64,000 bases of DNA, from NCBI GenBank assembly GCA_964437285.1, contig CAYTGF010000002.1, forward strand, positions 3,543-67,542, in the 5' to 3' direction. A program made the position numbers and the translations under genes. The stretch comes from an uncultured Gammaproteobacteria bacterium. Its GTDB lineage: Bacteria; Patescibacteriota; Patescibacteriia; 2-12-FULL-60-25. Positions 41,907 through 50,839 of the stretch are shown piece by piece (positions within the stretch are counted from its first letter, which is position 1; every line of letters starts with the position of its first letter). The notes under the pieces are model-generated. The model was not told the origin of the DNA. It searched no databases and worked only from the letters and a program-made list of their open reading frames with translations.

Positions 41907-43583
41907 ATGAGCACGGAACCAAGTCTCTCGAACAAGCTTGAAGTGCCGAGCTGGTACAAGCAGCTTCTGCTCCCCAGCGTACGCGACGGCAAGCATCACA
42001 TATTTCTCCTCACGGGAGAGGTAGGCGTCCCGAACAGCGACGGCGCCATTGCCCAAGGCGATGCTACCCTGCCACTCGAGAAATTTCTCGAGCACGCCCT
42101 GCAGTCACGACCGGTCCTGGTCATCATCGATAGTCAAGGCAAGGTGCGCGTGACCATGACAAAGGAAGGTCAGCAGGACCACCAGGCACGGGAAGCTCTT
42201 AAGCGGCTCGGCCCCGAGCCAAACCTGGGCCGCCACGCCTGGGATCTCAAGAATCTGCTCGAAAAAGGCAACCGCGTCGCCCTCGTTCTGATAGAGGTCG
42301 ACGAAGCCCTCGCCATGCCCCGCTGCTCACACGGTGAAGCGCAACTGTTCTGGGAATACCTCGGTCAGATCGCGTCCAGCCAAGCCATTCGTCGCAATGG
42401 CGGACTCGTCCTCCTGCAGAGCTCACAGCGCAATCTCCCTCTCACCCAGCACACCACCCTCGCTCAGATGCGTGGCGACCTCAGGAACCACATCGAGTGC
42501 ATCCCGGTCGAGCGACCGACGTTCGAAGAACGGCTTCGGTGCTTCCGACTCTGCCTCCCTCGTGAAGACGAGTCGTTCTGTCGGCAGTTCGCCCTGGATT
42601 CCCATGGGTGGCCGCTCGATAAGCTCGACCAGATGCTGCAAACCGCTCAGCACTCAACGAAGGCAGCGAGCGCACGAGAAGCTATCATCCACCGCCTCTA
42701 CTCCTACGAAGAAGGCCTCGCCCACACGAACTTCTTCGCCGAGCGTCCCTCGACGCCGACTCACGCACCGACTCTGATTCACGGACATCCACACGTGGCT
42801 CGCTACGCGCAGACTGTTCGTGAACACATGAAAGCTACCACACGATACCAACCGCACCTACTGCGGATCGTGGGGACTCCAGGCAACGGCAAGGCGCTTG
42901 CCGCCGAGGCGATCGCCTGCGAACTCGGCGCTCAATTCGTGCGACTGAAGCCCTCCGCGCTTCGCGATGCCCTCGATACCATCGACCGTCGTGTGCAGCT
43001 GCGAGACACGCTCATCGCTCTCGCTCCGATCGTGGTCTTCACTGGTGAGAACGTGAAGCCTCTTCAGGAGCTCTTCACCGGGTACAAGCTGAGTCAGCCC
43101 ATCGTCATCGTCAGCGGCGTATCAAGTCTCGCTACGGTGCAATCGCCGCACTTCATGGACGGGATCGACGAATGTCTCGTACTCCCTGCTTTCAGCCTGG
43201 AAGAACGCGCTGACGTGATCGAGGCTTACTGCAAGCAGCAACAGCTCCCGATCCCCGCTGAGCCGACGCTGCGCGAGATCGCTGGCCTGACGGAGGGGTA
43301 CACCTACAAGGAGATCCTGTTGGCACTCCAAGACCGTCCCTGGCTCCTTCAACCGAGGGACGCATGGGACAGTGTTACGGCCGCCAAGCGTCAGCTGGCA
43401 CCGGCAAGAACTCTCCAGACGGACGCGGACATGCTCACGCTCTACAGCCTCTTTCACACGAAGGAGCCTGAACACTTTCCGCAGCTCGCCCACGTGCTCG
43501 TACGAGCGATTCGTGAGCGACACGAGTTCACTCCCAAAATCACTGCCGCCCTCAAGACGCTCGACGATCGTCTCCCCCGCTAG
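41907..43583 (+). CDS. tandem AAA+-like protein with degenerate nucleotide-binding motifs
   Basis: AGGAG upstream of ATG 41907. Module 1: HHIFLLTGEVGVPNSDG, VALVLIEVDEA, IPVERPTFEERL. Module 2: LLRIVGTPGNGKALAAEAIA, PIVVFTGEN, LVLPAFSLEERADVI. Confidence 0.55.
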   Translation: MSTEPSLSNKLEVPSWYKQLLLPSVRDGKHHIFLLTGEVGVPNSDGAIAQGDATLPLEKFLEHALQSRPVLVIIDSQGKVRVTMTKEGQQDHQAREALKRLGPEPNLGRHAWDLKNLLEKGNRVALVLIEVDEALAMPRCSHGEAQLFWEYLGQIASSQAIRRNGGLVLLQSSQRNLPLTQHTTLAQMRGDLRNHIECIPVERPTFEERLRCFRLCLPREDESFCRQFALDSHGWPLDKLDQMLQTAQHSTKAASAREAIIHRLYSYEEGLAHTNFFAERPSTPTHAPTLIHGHPHVARYAQTVREHMKATTRYQPHLLRIVGTPGNGKALAAEAIACELGAQFVRLKPSALRDALDTIDRRVQLRDTLIALAPIVVFTGENVKPLQELFTGYKLSQPIVIVSGVSSLATVQSPHFMDGIDECLVLPAFSLEERADVIEAYCKQQQLPIPAEPTLREIAGLTEGYTYKEILLALQDRPWLLQPRDAWDSVTAAKRQLAPARTLQTDADMLTLYSLFHTKEPEHFPQLAHVLVRAIRERHEFTPKITAALKTLDDRLPR

Positions 43584-43606
43584 CCTCCTGCTACGGGGGA
43601 TTTTTT
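43574..43606 (+). terminator. intrinsic terminator
   Basis: CCCCCG..CGGGGG hairpin plus T6. Confidence 0.65.
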
Positions 43607-43609
43607 ATC

Positions 43610-44164
43610 TTACACCTTCATGATTTCTTCTTCTTTTTCTTTTGCGATGGCTTCGATTTTTTCGTTTTGTTCAGCGACAGCTTTATCGAGCTGTTCGAGG
43701 AAGCGTCGACGATCATCTTCAGAGATAGCCTTGGCTTTTTCATCATCCGTGATGAGTGACTTCACTTTTTCACGTACATTCCGTACGCAGATGCGTGCGT
43801 CTTCCGTCTTTGATCGGAGGGTTTTCACGAGGTTTTTTCGGCCCTCTTCCGTTGTTGGAGGCATGACGAGACGAATGACGGTGCCAGCTGTGTTTGGCTG
43901 CATCCCCAAAGAAGCATCGATCAACGCCTTTTCAATATCTTTCACGATGGATTTGTCCCAAGGCTCGATTTGCAGGGTTTTCGCATCAGGTGTCGTGATG
44001 GAGGCAACGCCTTTCAAGTCCATCATCTGACCGTACGACTCGACACGGATATTTTCCACGAGTTGAGCGCTCGCACGACCAGTGCGGAGCGATGTCAGAT
44101 CGCGCTGAAAATGCTCAATAACCCGGGCAAACTCCGAACGATGTGCATCAAGATGAGTAGACAT
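43610..44164 (-). CDS. frr: ribosome recycling factor
   Basis: LRTGRASAQLVENIRVESYGQ..TLQIEPWDKS, a classic RRF pattern. ATG at 44164. Confidence 0.93.
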   Translation of the reverse strand: MSTHLDAHRSEFARVIEHFQRDLTSLRTGRASAQLVENIRVESYGQMMDLKGVASITTPDAKTLQIEPWDKSIVKDIEKALIDASLGMQPNTAGTVIRLVMPPTTEEGRKNLVKTLRSKTEDARICVRNVREKVKSLITDDEKAKAISEDDRRRFLEQLDKAVAEQNEKIEAIAKEKEEEIMKV

Positions 44165-44200
44165 AGATAGCGGCAAGGTGCCACACAAGGACCGGGCTCG

Positions 44201-45241
44201 TCAACGCGGCACGGTGCCTAGGTACAGGTTGCTCTGCGCCGATTCGTCGAACATGAGGAAGGACGCGGCGCGGGAGGTGGGGAGTTTTTTTGGGGTCCAG
44301 GTTTGGCCGAGGTCGTCCGTGAAGACGACGGACGTGTCTGTGGCGTAGACGAGAAGACTTGGGTTTCTTGGATGGAGCGCGAAGGCACGAATATTGGTTT
44401 GTGCCGATGGCGTTGGGAGGCTTAAGGCTTGCCAGGTCGCGCCCGTATCGGTTGAGCGCAAAATACCGTTGCGTGATATGTGGAAAAGCGTGTTTGAATT
44501 CGAGGGATCGATCACCACCATCATGGGCCGACGAGCTCCGTCGACATTGTCGAGCTGAGCACGAATTTCCTCCCACGTTTCACCGCGATTGGTAGATTTC
44601 AAAATTCCTGCTCCATTGGTCGCGATGTAGAGCGTATTTGAAGCGCGGCGATCAATCGTGATGGCGTTAATGCGCGCATCCGCACGATAGAGCACGCGCC
44701 AACTCGCGCCGCCGTCTTCAGAACGAAGAATATCTCCATCGATATTTCCCGCGTAGATTGTCATCGAGTTCGCGGGATCGACGGCGACGCTCGTGTATTG
44801 TTGCGCCGTGCGAGGATCGTAGTAGATCTGGTTCCAATCACGTCCACAGGTATCGGTTTTGAGGAGCTGGTTCAATCGGGCGACAAAGACGGTGCATTTA
44901 TCTCTTGGATCAACCGCGACAGAAGCGACTTGTCCACTCGTGAGTCCTCGCGCTTGCTGCCACGACTGACCGCCATCAAGTGTCATGAGCAATCCGTTTT
45001 GCGTGGTTCCAACGTAGACCGTCGACGCTTCTTGTGGGTCAAATGTGGCAGATACGGTCGCCACGTTTCCGATACTCCCTAGTTTTGCGCCTTGATTCAG
45101 CACGGTGAGCTGCGTCCACACCCCTCCAAGGTTAGACGTTTTATAGAGTCCTCCATCTGGTACGGAACTCGTGGTTGATGAACAGCCGGCCCCCATGAGA
45201 ACAAGGGCTCCGGCAACGAACGAAAGAGCGAGGCGCTTCAT
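44201..45241 (-). CDS. lipoprotein with BNR/Asp-box beta-propeller repeats
   Basis: Lipobox LMGAGC. Repeated S/TxDxGxxW boxes (TLDGGQSW, SEDGGASW, STNRGETW, STDTGATW, TDDLGQTW). Confidence 0.75.
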   Translation of the reverse strand: MKRLALSFVAGALVLMGAGCSSTTSSVPDGGLYKTSNLGGVWTQLTVLNQGAKLGSIGNVATVSATFDPQEASTVYVGTTQNGLLMTLDGGQSWQQARGLTSGQVASVAVDPRDKCTVFVARLNQLLKTDTCGRDWNQIYYDPRTAQQYTSVAVDPANSMTIYAGNIDGDILRSEDGGASWRVLYRADARINAITIDRRASNTLYIATNGAGILKSTNRGETWEEIRAQLDNVDGARRPMMVVIDPSNSNTLFHISRNGILRSTDTGATWQALSLPTPSAQTNIRAFALHPRNPSLLVYATDTSVVFTDDLGQTWTPKKLPTSRAASFLMFDESAQSNLYLGTVPR

Positions 45242-46113
45242 ATGGAAGACAGTATAGCACGTTTGTCGAACGTCCGCCCCTCGGCAAATGCGAGCTCCAT
45301 TCCAATACGTGCCGGCACGGAAGATTCGAATAAGCGCCACGTCTCCACAAGAGCGATTCCAACTCTTGGTTCAGGCGCGGATCGCCACCGTTCCATGAGT
45401 ACTAAAAGTAAGATCCGCCATTCTTGTTCTGCGCTCGGCAGTTTTTCGATCGCTCTTTGCCATTCATCAAGCGCTGCAATCACCAAGCCGAGCTCTTCGC
45501 CCCGGAGAGCTGCATCCAGTTTTTTTGCGTGTGTCATGATGCGTTCCCACATAGCAGGATCTTCTTCGCGCCGAACAAGTAAGCCCGGCCGACCCATCGC
45601 CTCATGCGCCCAGGCAAGCGGCGCATGAAGATGCTCCGCGACGGCTGCAAGCTCTGCCGATGAAAGCAAAGAGAACGAAAGAGGCACCAGCCGAGACCGA
45701 AGCGTCGCAGGAAGCATTCCCGCGCGTCCAGCGATTAAGAGAAATACCGCTCCCTGACGAGGCTCTTCCACGTCTTTTAAGAGCGCATTCATCCCAGAGG
45801 CATTCAGCGCATCCACATGATCGATTAAGAATACGCGACGGCCTCCGTACGCAGAGGTTTGATGCGCTTGGGCAAGAAACGCTTTTATTTCATCTACACT
45901 CCCCTCAGCACGAGCATCAAGAATAAGCACGTCTGGATGAGCGGTAAGCGGCATAGACGCGGGCATCCCAACGAGTTGACGAGCGAATCCTTCCGCAACC
46001 CCTCGTTTTCCGACATGTTCCGGACCAAAAAAGCCATACGCGGAGGCCGGGGTTACAGCCGCGCGTTCAAGGAGGGCTTGAATCGCTCCATGTCCAATAA
46101 TAGGCGATGCCAT
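45238..46113 (-). CDS. holB: DNA polymerase III subunit delta'
   Basis: GHGAIQALLE..AYGFFGPEHVGKRGVA..VFLIDHVDALN..LLKDVEEP..FLLIA..LPATLRSR pattern. Confidence 0.8.
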   Translation of the reverse strand: MASPIIGHGAIQALLERAAVTPASAYGFFGPEHVGKRGVAEGFARQLVGMPASMPLTAHPDVLILDARAEGSVDEIKAFLAQAHQTSAYGGRRVFLIDHVDALNASGMNALLKDVEEPRQGAVFLLIAGRAGMLPATLRSRLVPLSFSLLSSAELAAVAEHLHAPLAWAHEAMGRPGLLVRREEDPAMWERIMTHAKKLDAALRGEELGLVIAALDEWQRAIEKLPSAEQEWRILLLVLMERWRSAPEPRVGIALVETWRLFESSVPARIGMELAFAEGRTFDKRAILSSI

Positions 46114-46180
46114 GTCGCCACAATACCGGGGAGACCCCCACTTGCCAACCAACACGCCGCTGGAACCCTACGTTCGACCC

Positions 46181-46189
46181 TGATACACT
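46181..46189 (+). promoter_or_regulatory. extended -10 (TGaTACACT) 10 nt upstream of ATG 46200
   Basis: TGATACACT-TCGCATATCT-ATG, no SD. Confidence 0.4.
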
Positions 46190-46199
46190 TCGCATATCT

Positions 46200-47621
46200 A
46201 TGCGTCGTCTCGATCTCGCTTTTACCGCCCTCCAAGTCCCCGTCGACGTGTTTGCGCTCATCGCCGCCGCCGTTACCGCGTATATTCTCCGCTTTTCCCA
46301 ACCCTTCCTCGAAGCCCGTCCTATTATTCAAGAGATCACCTTTGCGCAATACGCGGGATCTGCAAGTATTTTTATTGCGGCTTGGATGGTGTGCTTTTGG
46401 CTTGCGGGACTCTATCCCACACGTCAGCGTCCCGCGTGGCAGGAACTTTCTCGTATTCTCCTTGGAAGTACTGCCGGAATGATGGTGGTGATAGCCACCG
46501 TGTTTTTTCGACGAGAAGTGACCGCTTCACGTTTTCTCGTGCTTGCCGTTTGGGTACTCGCGATTGTGTATGTGTGGGCAGGACGTCTCTTGCTTCGCTT
46601 TGTTCGGTACCATCTTCTCACAAAGGGCATCGGGCATCAGCGCCTTGTGGTGATTGGAGGGAGCAATGCCGCCGCAACTCTCAAGACCCTCTACCTCCAA
46701 AAACCTTCGTTTGGCTACACGGTGGTAAAAAGCTTTAAAACATGGAATGCGGACGTGGAACAAGAAGTTATCAAGCTCCGCGCCGCACAAAAAATCGATA
46801 GCATTCTCCTTGCGGAACCGCGTGTCAGCAAAGAACAGGCGCTCGGCCTCATCAATTTCACCGAAGAGCACCATCTGACCTTTCGGTATCTCGCGGATCT
46901 TTTTGCGGCGAAATTCACAAACATTGAAGTAACAACGGAAGCCGGTATTCCCCTCATTGAGCCAAAGCGCACTCCTCTTGATGGGTGGGGACGTATCGCA
47001 AAGCGTCTGTTTGATATTGTGGTTGGTGGGGTGCTGCTTATTTTCGCCTCTCCCCTCATGGTGATGACCGCTATCGCGATTAAACTTGATAGTCGTGGCA
47101 CGGTCCTGTTTTCAACGCTCCCGGATGGATCGCCTGTGCAGCGTATGGGAGAGCGCGCAAAGCCCTTTCATTATTTCAAGTTTCGTTCGATGGTTATGGA
47201 TCGCCATTTTGATCGATACGACAAACTCGCCCACAAAGATCTCCGCAAAGATGGTCCGCTCGTAAAGATTCAAGATGATCCTCGCATCACCCGTGTTGGT
47301 CGTCTCATTCGCGAATGGTCGATTGATGAACTCCCAGAACTTATTCTTGTGATCCTAGGACGCATGAGCCTCGTTGGACCACGTCCACACTACCCAGAAG
47401 AAGTCGAGCGCTATAAACCAGAACAGCGTCGTGTGCTCGCCATTAAGCCCGGCATCACCGGGATGGCTCAGGTTTCAGGGCGCAGCGATCTCACATTTGA
47501 TGAGGAAGTACGTCTTGATAGCTGGTACATCGAAAATTGGTCGATTTGGCTCGATCTCATCATCCTTCTCAAAACTCCTTTTGCGGTTCTTAGTCATCGA
47601 GGAGTAGAACGCGGGACGTAA
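46200..47621 (+). CDS. polyprenyl-phosphate sugar phosphotransferase (bacterial sugar transferase family)
   Basis: Multi-TM N-terminus. C-terminus FKFRSM, DELPQL-like DELPELILV, MSLVGPRP, KPGITGMAQV motifs. Confidence 0.88.
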   Translation: MRRLDLAFTALQVPVDVFALIAAAVTAYILRFSQPFLEARPIIQEITFAQYAGSASIFIAAWMVCFWLAGLYPTRQRPAWQELSRILLGSTAGMMVVIATVFFRREVTASRFLVLAVWVLAIVYVWAGRLLLRFVRYHLLTKGIGHQRLVVIGGSNAAATLKTLYLQKPSFGYTVVKSFKTWNADVEQEVIKLRAAQKIDSILLAEPRVSKEQALGLINFTEEHHLTFRYLADLFAAKFTNIEVTTEAGIPLIEPKRTPLDGWGRIAKRLFDIVVGGVLLIFASPLMVMTAIAIKLDSRGTVLFSTLPDGSPVQRMGERAKPFHYFKFRSMVMDRHFDRYDKLAHKDLRKDGPLVKIQDDPRITRVGRLIREWSIDELPELILVILGRMSLVGPRPHYPEEVERYKPEQRRVLAIKPGITGMAQVSGRSDLTFDEEVRLDSWYIENWSIWLDLIILLKTPFAVLSHRGVERGT

Positions 47622-47640
47622 GCCTGCTAGGCTGACACCG

Positions 47641-48723
47641 ATGCGGATAGCCCTTGTTCACGATTATTTTCTCCAAGATGGAGGCGCGGAACGAGTCGTG
47701 CTTGCGTGGCAACGATTGTTTCCTCGTGCGCCAGTCTACACGCTCCTCAGTGATCCAAAGACGTTTCCGGAGGGCTTTGCTCGTGATCGACTCGTCACCT
47801 CTCCTCTCCAGCAAGCGCTTCTTCACCCGTCGATCTACCCGATCCTCACCCCCTTCATGCCGATGGCGATCGAGCATTTTGATCTCTCGAGGTTTGATTG
47901 CGTGCTTATTTCTTCGTCCAGCTTCGCAAAAGGGATTATTGCGCCCCCTCACGTAAAAACCCTGTGCTACCTGCACACTCCCACAAGGTTTTTTTGGGAA
48001 GAACGACACCATTACGCAAAAGAACGTGGCTGGTCAAAGCTCGCCAGGCTCCCGCTGCATGCCGCATTTCATGGATTGCGCACGTGGGATTACGCGGCGG
48101 CGCAACGCCCAAGTCAGCTCCTCACCAACAGTAAAACCTCACAAGCACGCATCGCTCGCTACTATTCCCGAAGCGCGGAAGTCCTTCACCCGCCCATTGA
48201 TCTTGCGAATACCCCTTTTTCTCCCCATCGAACACCTTCGTTTTGGGTGACCGGTGGTCGACTTGTTCCATATAAGCGATTTGATCTCTGTATTCAGGCG
48301 GCAAACGCGCTGCGCACACCATTAAAAATCTTTGGACGAGGACCCGAAGAAGCTCGTTTGCGGGCGATCGCGGGACCCACGGTGGAATTTCTCGGCACGA
48401 TATCCGACGCGAAAAAATTTGAACTCTTGCATCATGCCTACGCCTTTTTGCATCCGCACACGGAAGATTTTGGGATGACCATTCTTGAAGCGCTCGGCAG
48501 CGGCACTCCCGTCATCGCGTACAACGCGGGCGGTGCCCAAGAAACCATACAGCCAGGGATAAACGGGCAGCTCCTGCCCACCTCAACCGCCTCCGCCCTC
48601 GTGGAAGCGCTCCGCGCCTTTGATCCACACGTGTTTGACCCTGAAGCCGTACGTGCCAGCGCTGCACCGTTTGATCTTCCTCGGTTTCATGAGCAGATTT
48701 TGCGGTATGTCCACGCTGATTGA
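47641..48723 (+). CDS. glycosyltransferase (GT-B, family 4-like)
   Basis: MRIALVHDYFLQDGGAERV N-terminus; EDFGMTILEALGSGTPVIA E-x7-E region. Confidence 0.85.
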   Translation: MRIALVHDYFLQDGGAERVVLAWQRLFPRAPVYTLLSDPKTFPEGFARDRLVTSPLQQALLHPSIYPILTPFMPMAIEHFDLSRFDCVLISSSSFAKGIIAPPHVKTLCYLHTPTRFFWEERHHYAKERGWSKLARLPLHAAFHGLRTWDYAAAQRPSQLLTNSKTSQARIARYYSRSAEVLHPPIDLANTPFSPHRTPSFWVTGGRLVPYKRFDLCIQAANALRTPLKIFGRGPEEARLRAIAGPTVEFLGTISDAKKFELLHHAYAFLHPHTEDFGMTILEALGSGTPVIAYNAGGAQETIQPGINGQLLPTSTASALVEALRAFDPHVFDPEAVRASAAPFDLPRFHEQILRYVHAD

Positions 48724-49681
48724 TGGGTCATCGCTTCTCGCGGTACACCCAACCGGCGTCTCTTTTGCGGTCCGCGAACTCCTGAGCCAACATCTTCTCC
48801 CCATCGAGACCGACGCGACTATCGGAACCGTTCGCACACGATTTGCATCTCATCCATTGCCCGACGCAGGCTACGCTCACCTCCATCGATCTCTCCCCAG
48901 CCGAGCCGTCCATGCCTATTGCCGAGCAGGAGGCTCTCTCGCGTCGCTTTTTCCTGGAATATGGACACGCCTGTTTCTTCCCAATATCAATATCGTGGGG
49001 GTTCCTCGCCTTCCGTATGATCTTCTCGTACACGATCTCTCGTTTTTGATTCACCCTGGATGGTTTCCGGGCAAAACCCGTCTCTGGCACCACCTCGCAC
49101 AGCCAAAAAAGCTCATCACAGAAGCAGAGCGCCTCTTTGCCGTTTCCCCACAAACCAAGCGCGCGCTCGTCGAGCTTCTGGCGATTCCAGAACACCGCAT
49201 CACCCTCGTCCCGCTTCATACCCAAAAAACCGTCCCAACCACGCTCCCAAGACCCATTCCAGACCCCTATTTCTTGCTCCTCACCGCAAACGATCCAAGA
49301 AAAAACAGCTCCTGCGCTGAACGAGCCTTTCTCGCTTTTGCAAAAGATCATCCTGATTGGAAGCTTGTACTGGTGGGTACTCAGAAAGCCCCCGCCCATC
49401 CAAACATCCTCACTCTGCCCTATCTCGCAAATGAGGCAAGAATCCAGTGGATGCAGCACGCGGCCGCACTCCTCTACCCTAGCTGGTACGAAGGCTACGG
49501 CCTCCCCATGCAAGAAGCCTATGATCTCGGCGTTCCCGTCCTCGCCTCAAGCGCCGCAACCGTGGCAGAAACCGCTCCCACAGGAACGGTCCTCATCCCC
49601 CCATTTTCTCCAACCTTATGGACGGGGGGGTTGCGTGGGGTGGTGCAAGAGCCGACCAAAAAACTGTTCAACCTTGGTTGA
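48707..49681 (+). CDS. glycosyltransferase (GT-B)
   Basis: YPSWYEGYGLPMQEAYDLGVPVLAS motif. ATG 48707 overlaps the upstream gene by 17 nt. Confidence 0.75.
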   Translation: MSTLIDGSSLLAVHPTGVSFAVRELLSQHLLPIETDATIGTVRTRFASHPLPDAGYAHLHRSLPSRAVHAYCRAGGSLASLFPGIWTRLFLPNINIVGVPRLPYDLLVHDLSFLIHPGWFPGKTRLWHHLAQPKKLITEAERLFAVSPQTKRALVELLAIPEHRITLVPLHTQKTVPTTLPRPIPDPYFLLLTANDPRKNSSCAERAFLAFAKDHPDWKLVLVGTQKAPAHPNILTLPYLANEARIQWMQHAAALLYPSWYEGYGLPMQEAYDLGVPVLASSAATVAETAPTGTVLIPPFSPTLWTGGLRGVVQEPTKKLFNLG

Positions 49682-49706
49682 CAGACTCGTGTCTTTTCTG
49701 TATACT
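49678..49706 (+). promoter_or_regulatory. sigma70-type promoter
   Basis: TTGACA (49678-49683), 17-nt spacer, TATACT (49701-49706). Confidence 0.6.
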
Positions 49707-49749
49707 CCTCGAGCGTCAAATAGGTGACGCCATCGCTGTTCGGAGACTC

Positions 49750-50631
49750 ATGACCACACAGATCACTGGCAAGTTGCTGCGGGACCGGGTACGAGCGTAT
49801 CGGGAGAAGCGGCCGGAACGGCCGTTCACGACGGTCGAGAAGATTCTGATCGCGGCAGAAGTCGTGAAGCGCGAGAGTCGGCCCAAGAGGGGCCAGAACT
49901 CCGCGATGAACGACGCAGACCTCATCCACGCCTGCTTCGGACTCTTCTCCGACTATGACGGCTGCGACAAGGACCTGTACCTTCGCGGGAAGGCCCCTAC
50001 GACGATTCCCATGGTTCGACCAACGCTCGTCCGCGACCTGATCTTCGGCCGCAACGCCCCGCTCAAGCGCTGGATGAGGCACGATCCCAAGACTGGTACC
50101 TACCTTCTCACCGCCGCGGGATCGGTCCACGTCCATACCCTCCTCCTGAGCGAAGGCCGACGCCGGAAGCCTCCCCTCAAGCGAGTCGATCCGCTCCCCG
50201 GTACGGCCGCCCCGTTCACGATGTCGAAGCCGACGCTCGAACAGCTCGAGGCTCTTCAGCAAACGTGCTGGCGAGACCGTAGCTTCATCAAGGATCTCCG
50301 CCGACTCGACTTCGTAAAGAAGCCGACGCTCCGCATGATCAACGACATCGAGCGCCTCCTTCAAGTGATCAACCGCCACCGCGGACCGGAGGCGCCCCCA
50401 GCCCGGGAGTACCTTCGTCAGTCGATTGAGCGGATGAAGACCCTGGTGATGGCCGAAGCCCTGTTCGACGGAACTCCTGAGAGTCTCGAGGCGGGTGAAC
50501 GCAAGACGCGATCGCTCGACATCCTCTTCAGCCTCACGGACACCGTTCTGCGAAAGGACGTTCTCCCCCCTCCGCTGCACCAGCGCTACCAGAAGCCCCG
50601 TTCCGGACACGCTCTGCGCGTCAACGCGTAA
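49750..50631 (+). CDS. hypothetical protein
   Basis: 293 aa from ATG 49750 (GGAGA upstream). GC-rich, with promoter and terminator on the + strand. The opposite ORF 49519..50610 is judged a shadow. Confidence 0.55.
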   Translation: MTTQITGKLLRDRVRAYREKRPERPFTTVEKILIAAEVVKRESRPKRGQNSAMNDADLIHACFGLFSDYDGCDKDLYLRGKAPTTIPMVRPTLVRDLIFGRNAPLKRWMRHDPKTGTYLLTAAGSVHVHTLLLSEGRRRKPPLKRVDPLPGTAAPFTMSKPTLEQLEALQQTCWRDRSFIKDLRRLDFVKKPTLRMINDIERLLQVINRHRGPEAPPAREYLRQSIERMKTLVMAEALFDGTPESLEAGERKTRSLDILFSLTDTVLRKDVLPPPLHQRYQKPRSGHALRVNA

Positions 50632-50639
50632 CCCCCTTC

Positions 50640-50663
50640 CCCGAGTATCCCTCGGGTTTTTTT
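50640..50663 (+). terminator. intrinsic terminator
   Basis: CCCGAG-TATCC-CTCGGG hairpin plus T7. Confidence 0.75.
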
Positions 50664-50672
50664 ATCCCCCTG

Positions 50673-50702
50673 TTGACGAAACCCCTCTCTCTTTTGTATC
50701 AT
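50673..50702 (+). promoter_or_regulatory. sigma70-type promoter of tRNA-Gln
   Basis: TTGACG, 18-nt spacer, TATCAT. The tRNA 5' end lies 10 nt downstream. Confidence 0.55.
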
Positions 50703-50712
50703 CTCCCTGCAT

Positions 50713-50786
50713 TCCGGGGTCGTCTAACGGTAGGACGCTTGGTTCTGGCCCAAGTAATTGAGGTTCAAATCCTTGCCCCGGAGCCA
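50713..50786 (+). tRNA. tRNA-Gln (anticodon CTG)
   Basis: TCCGGGG..GTCTAACGGTAGGAC..CTTGG-TTCTGGC-CCAAG..GGTTCAAATCC..CCCCGGA-GCCA. Confidence 0.88.
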
Positions 50787-50790
50787 ATAC

Positions 50791-50816
50791 AAAACATCCC
50801 ATAAAAGGGATGTTTT
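50791..50816 (+). terminator. intrinsic terminator
   Basis: CATCCC-ATAAAA-GGGATG hairpin plus T4. Confidence 0.65.
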
Positions 50817-50839
50817 GTATTGAAATCAGGTTCTTTTTC

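Noticed and set aside
49519-50610. 363-aa minus-strand ORF
   Set aside because: It is the shadow of the GC-rich plus-strand ORFan. The consensus promoter and terminator are on the plus strand, and it would run antisense into the GT gene end.
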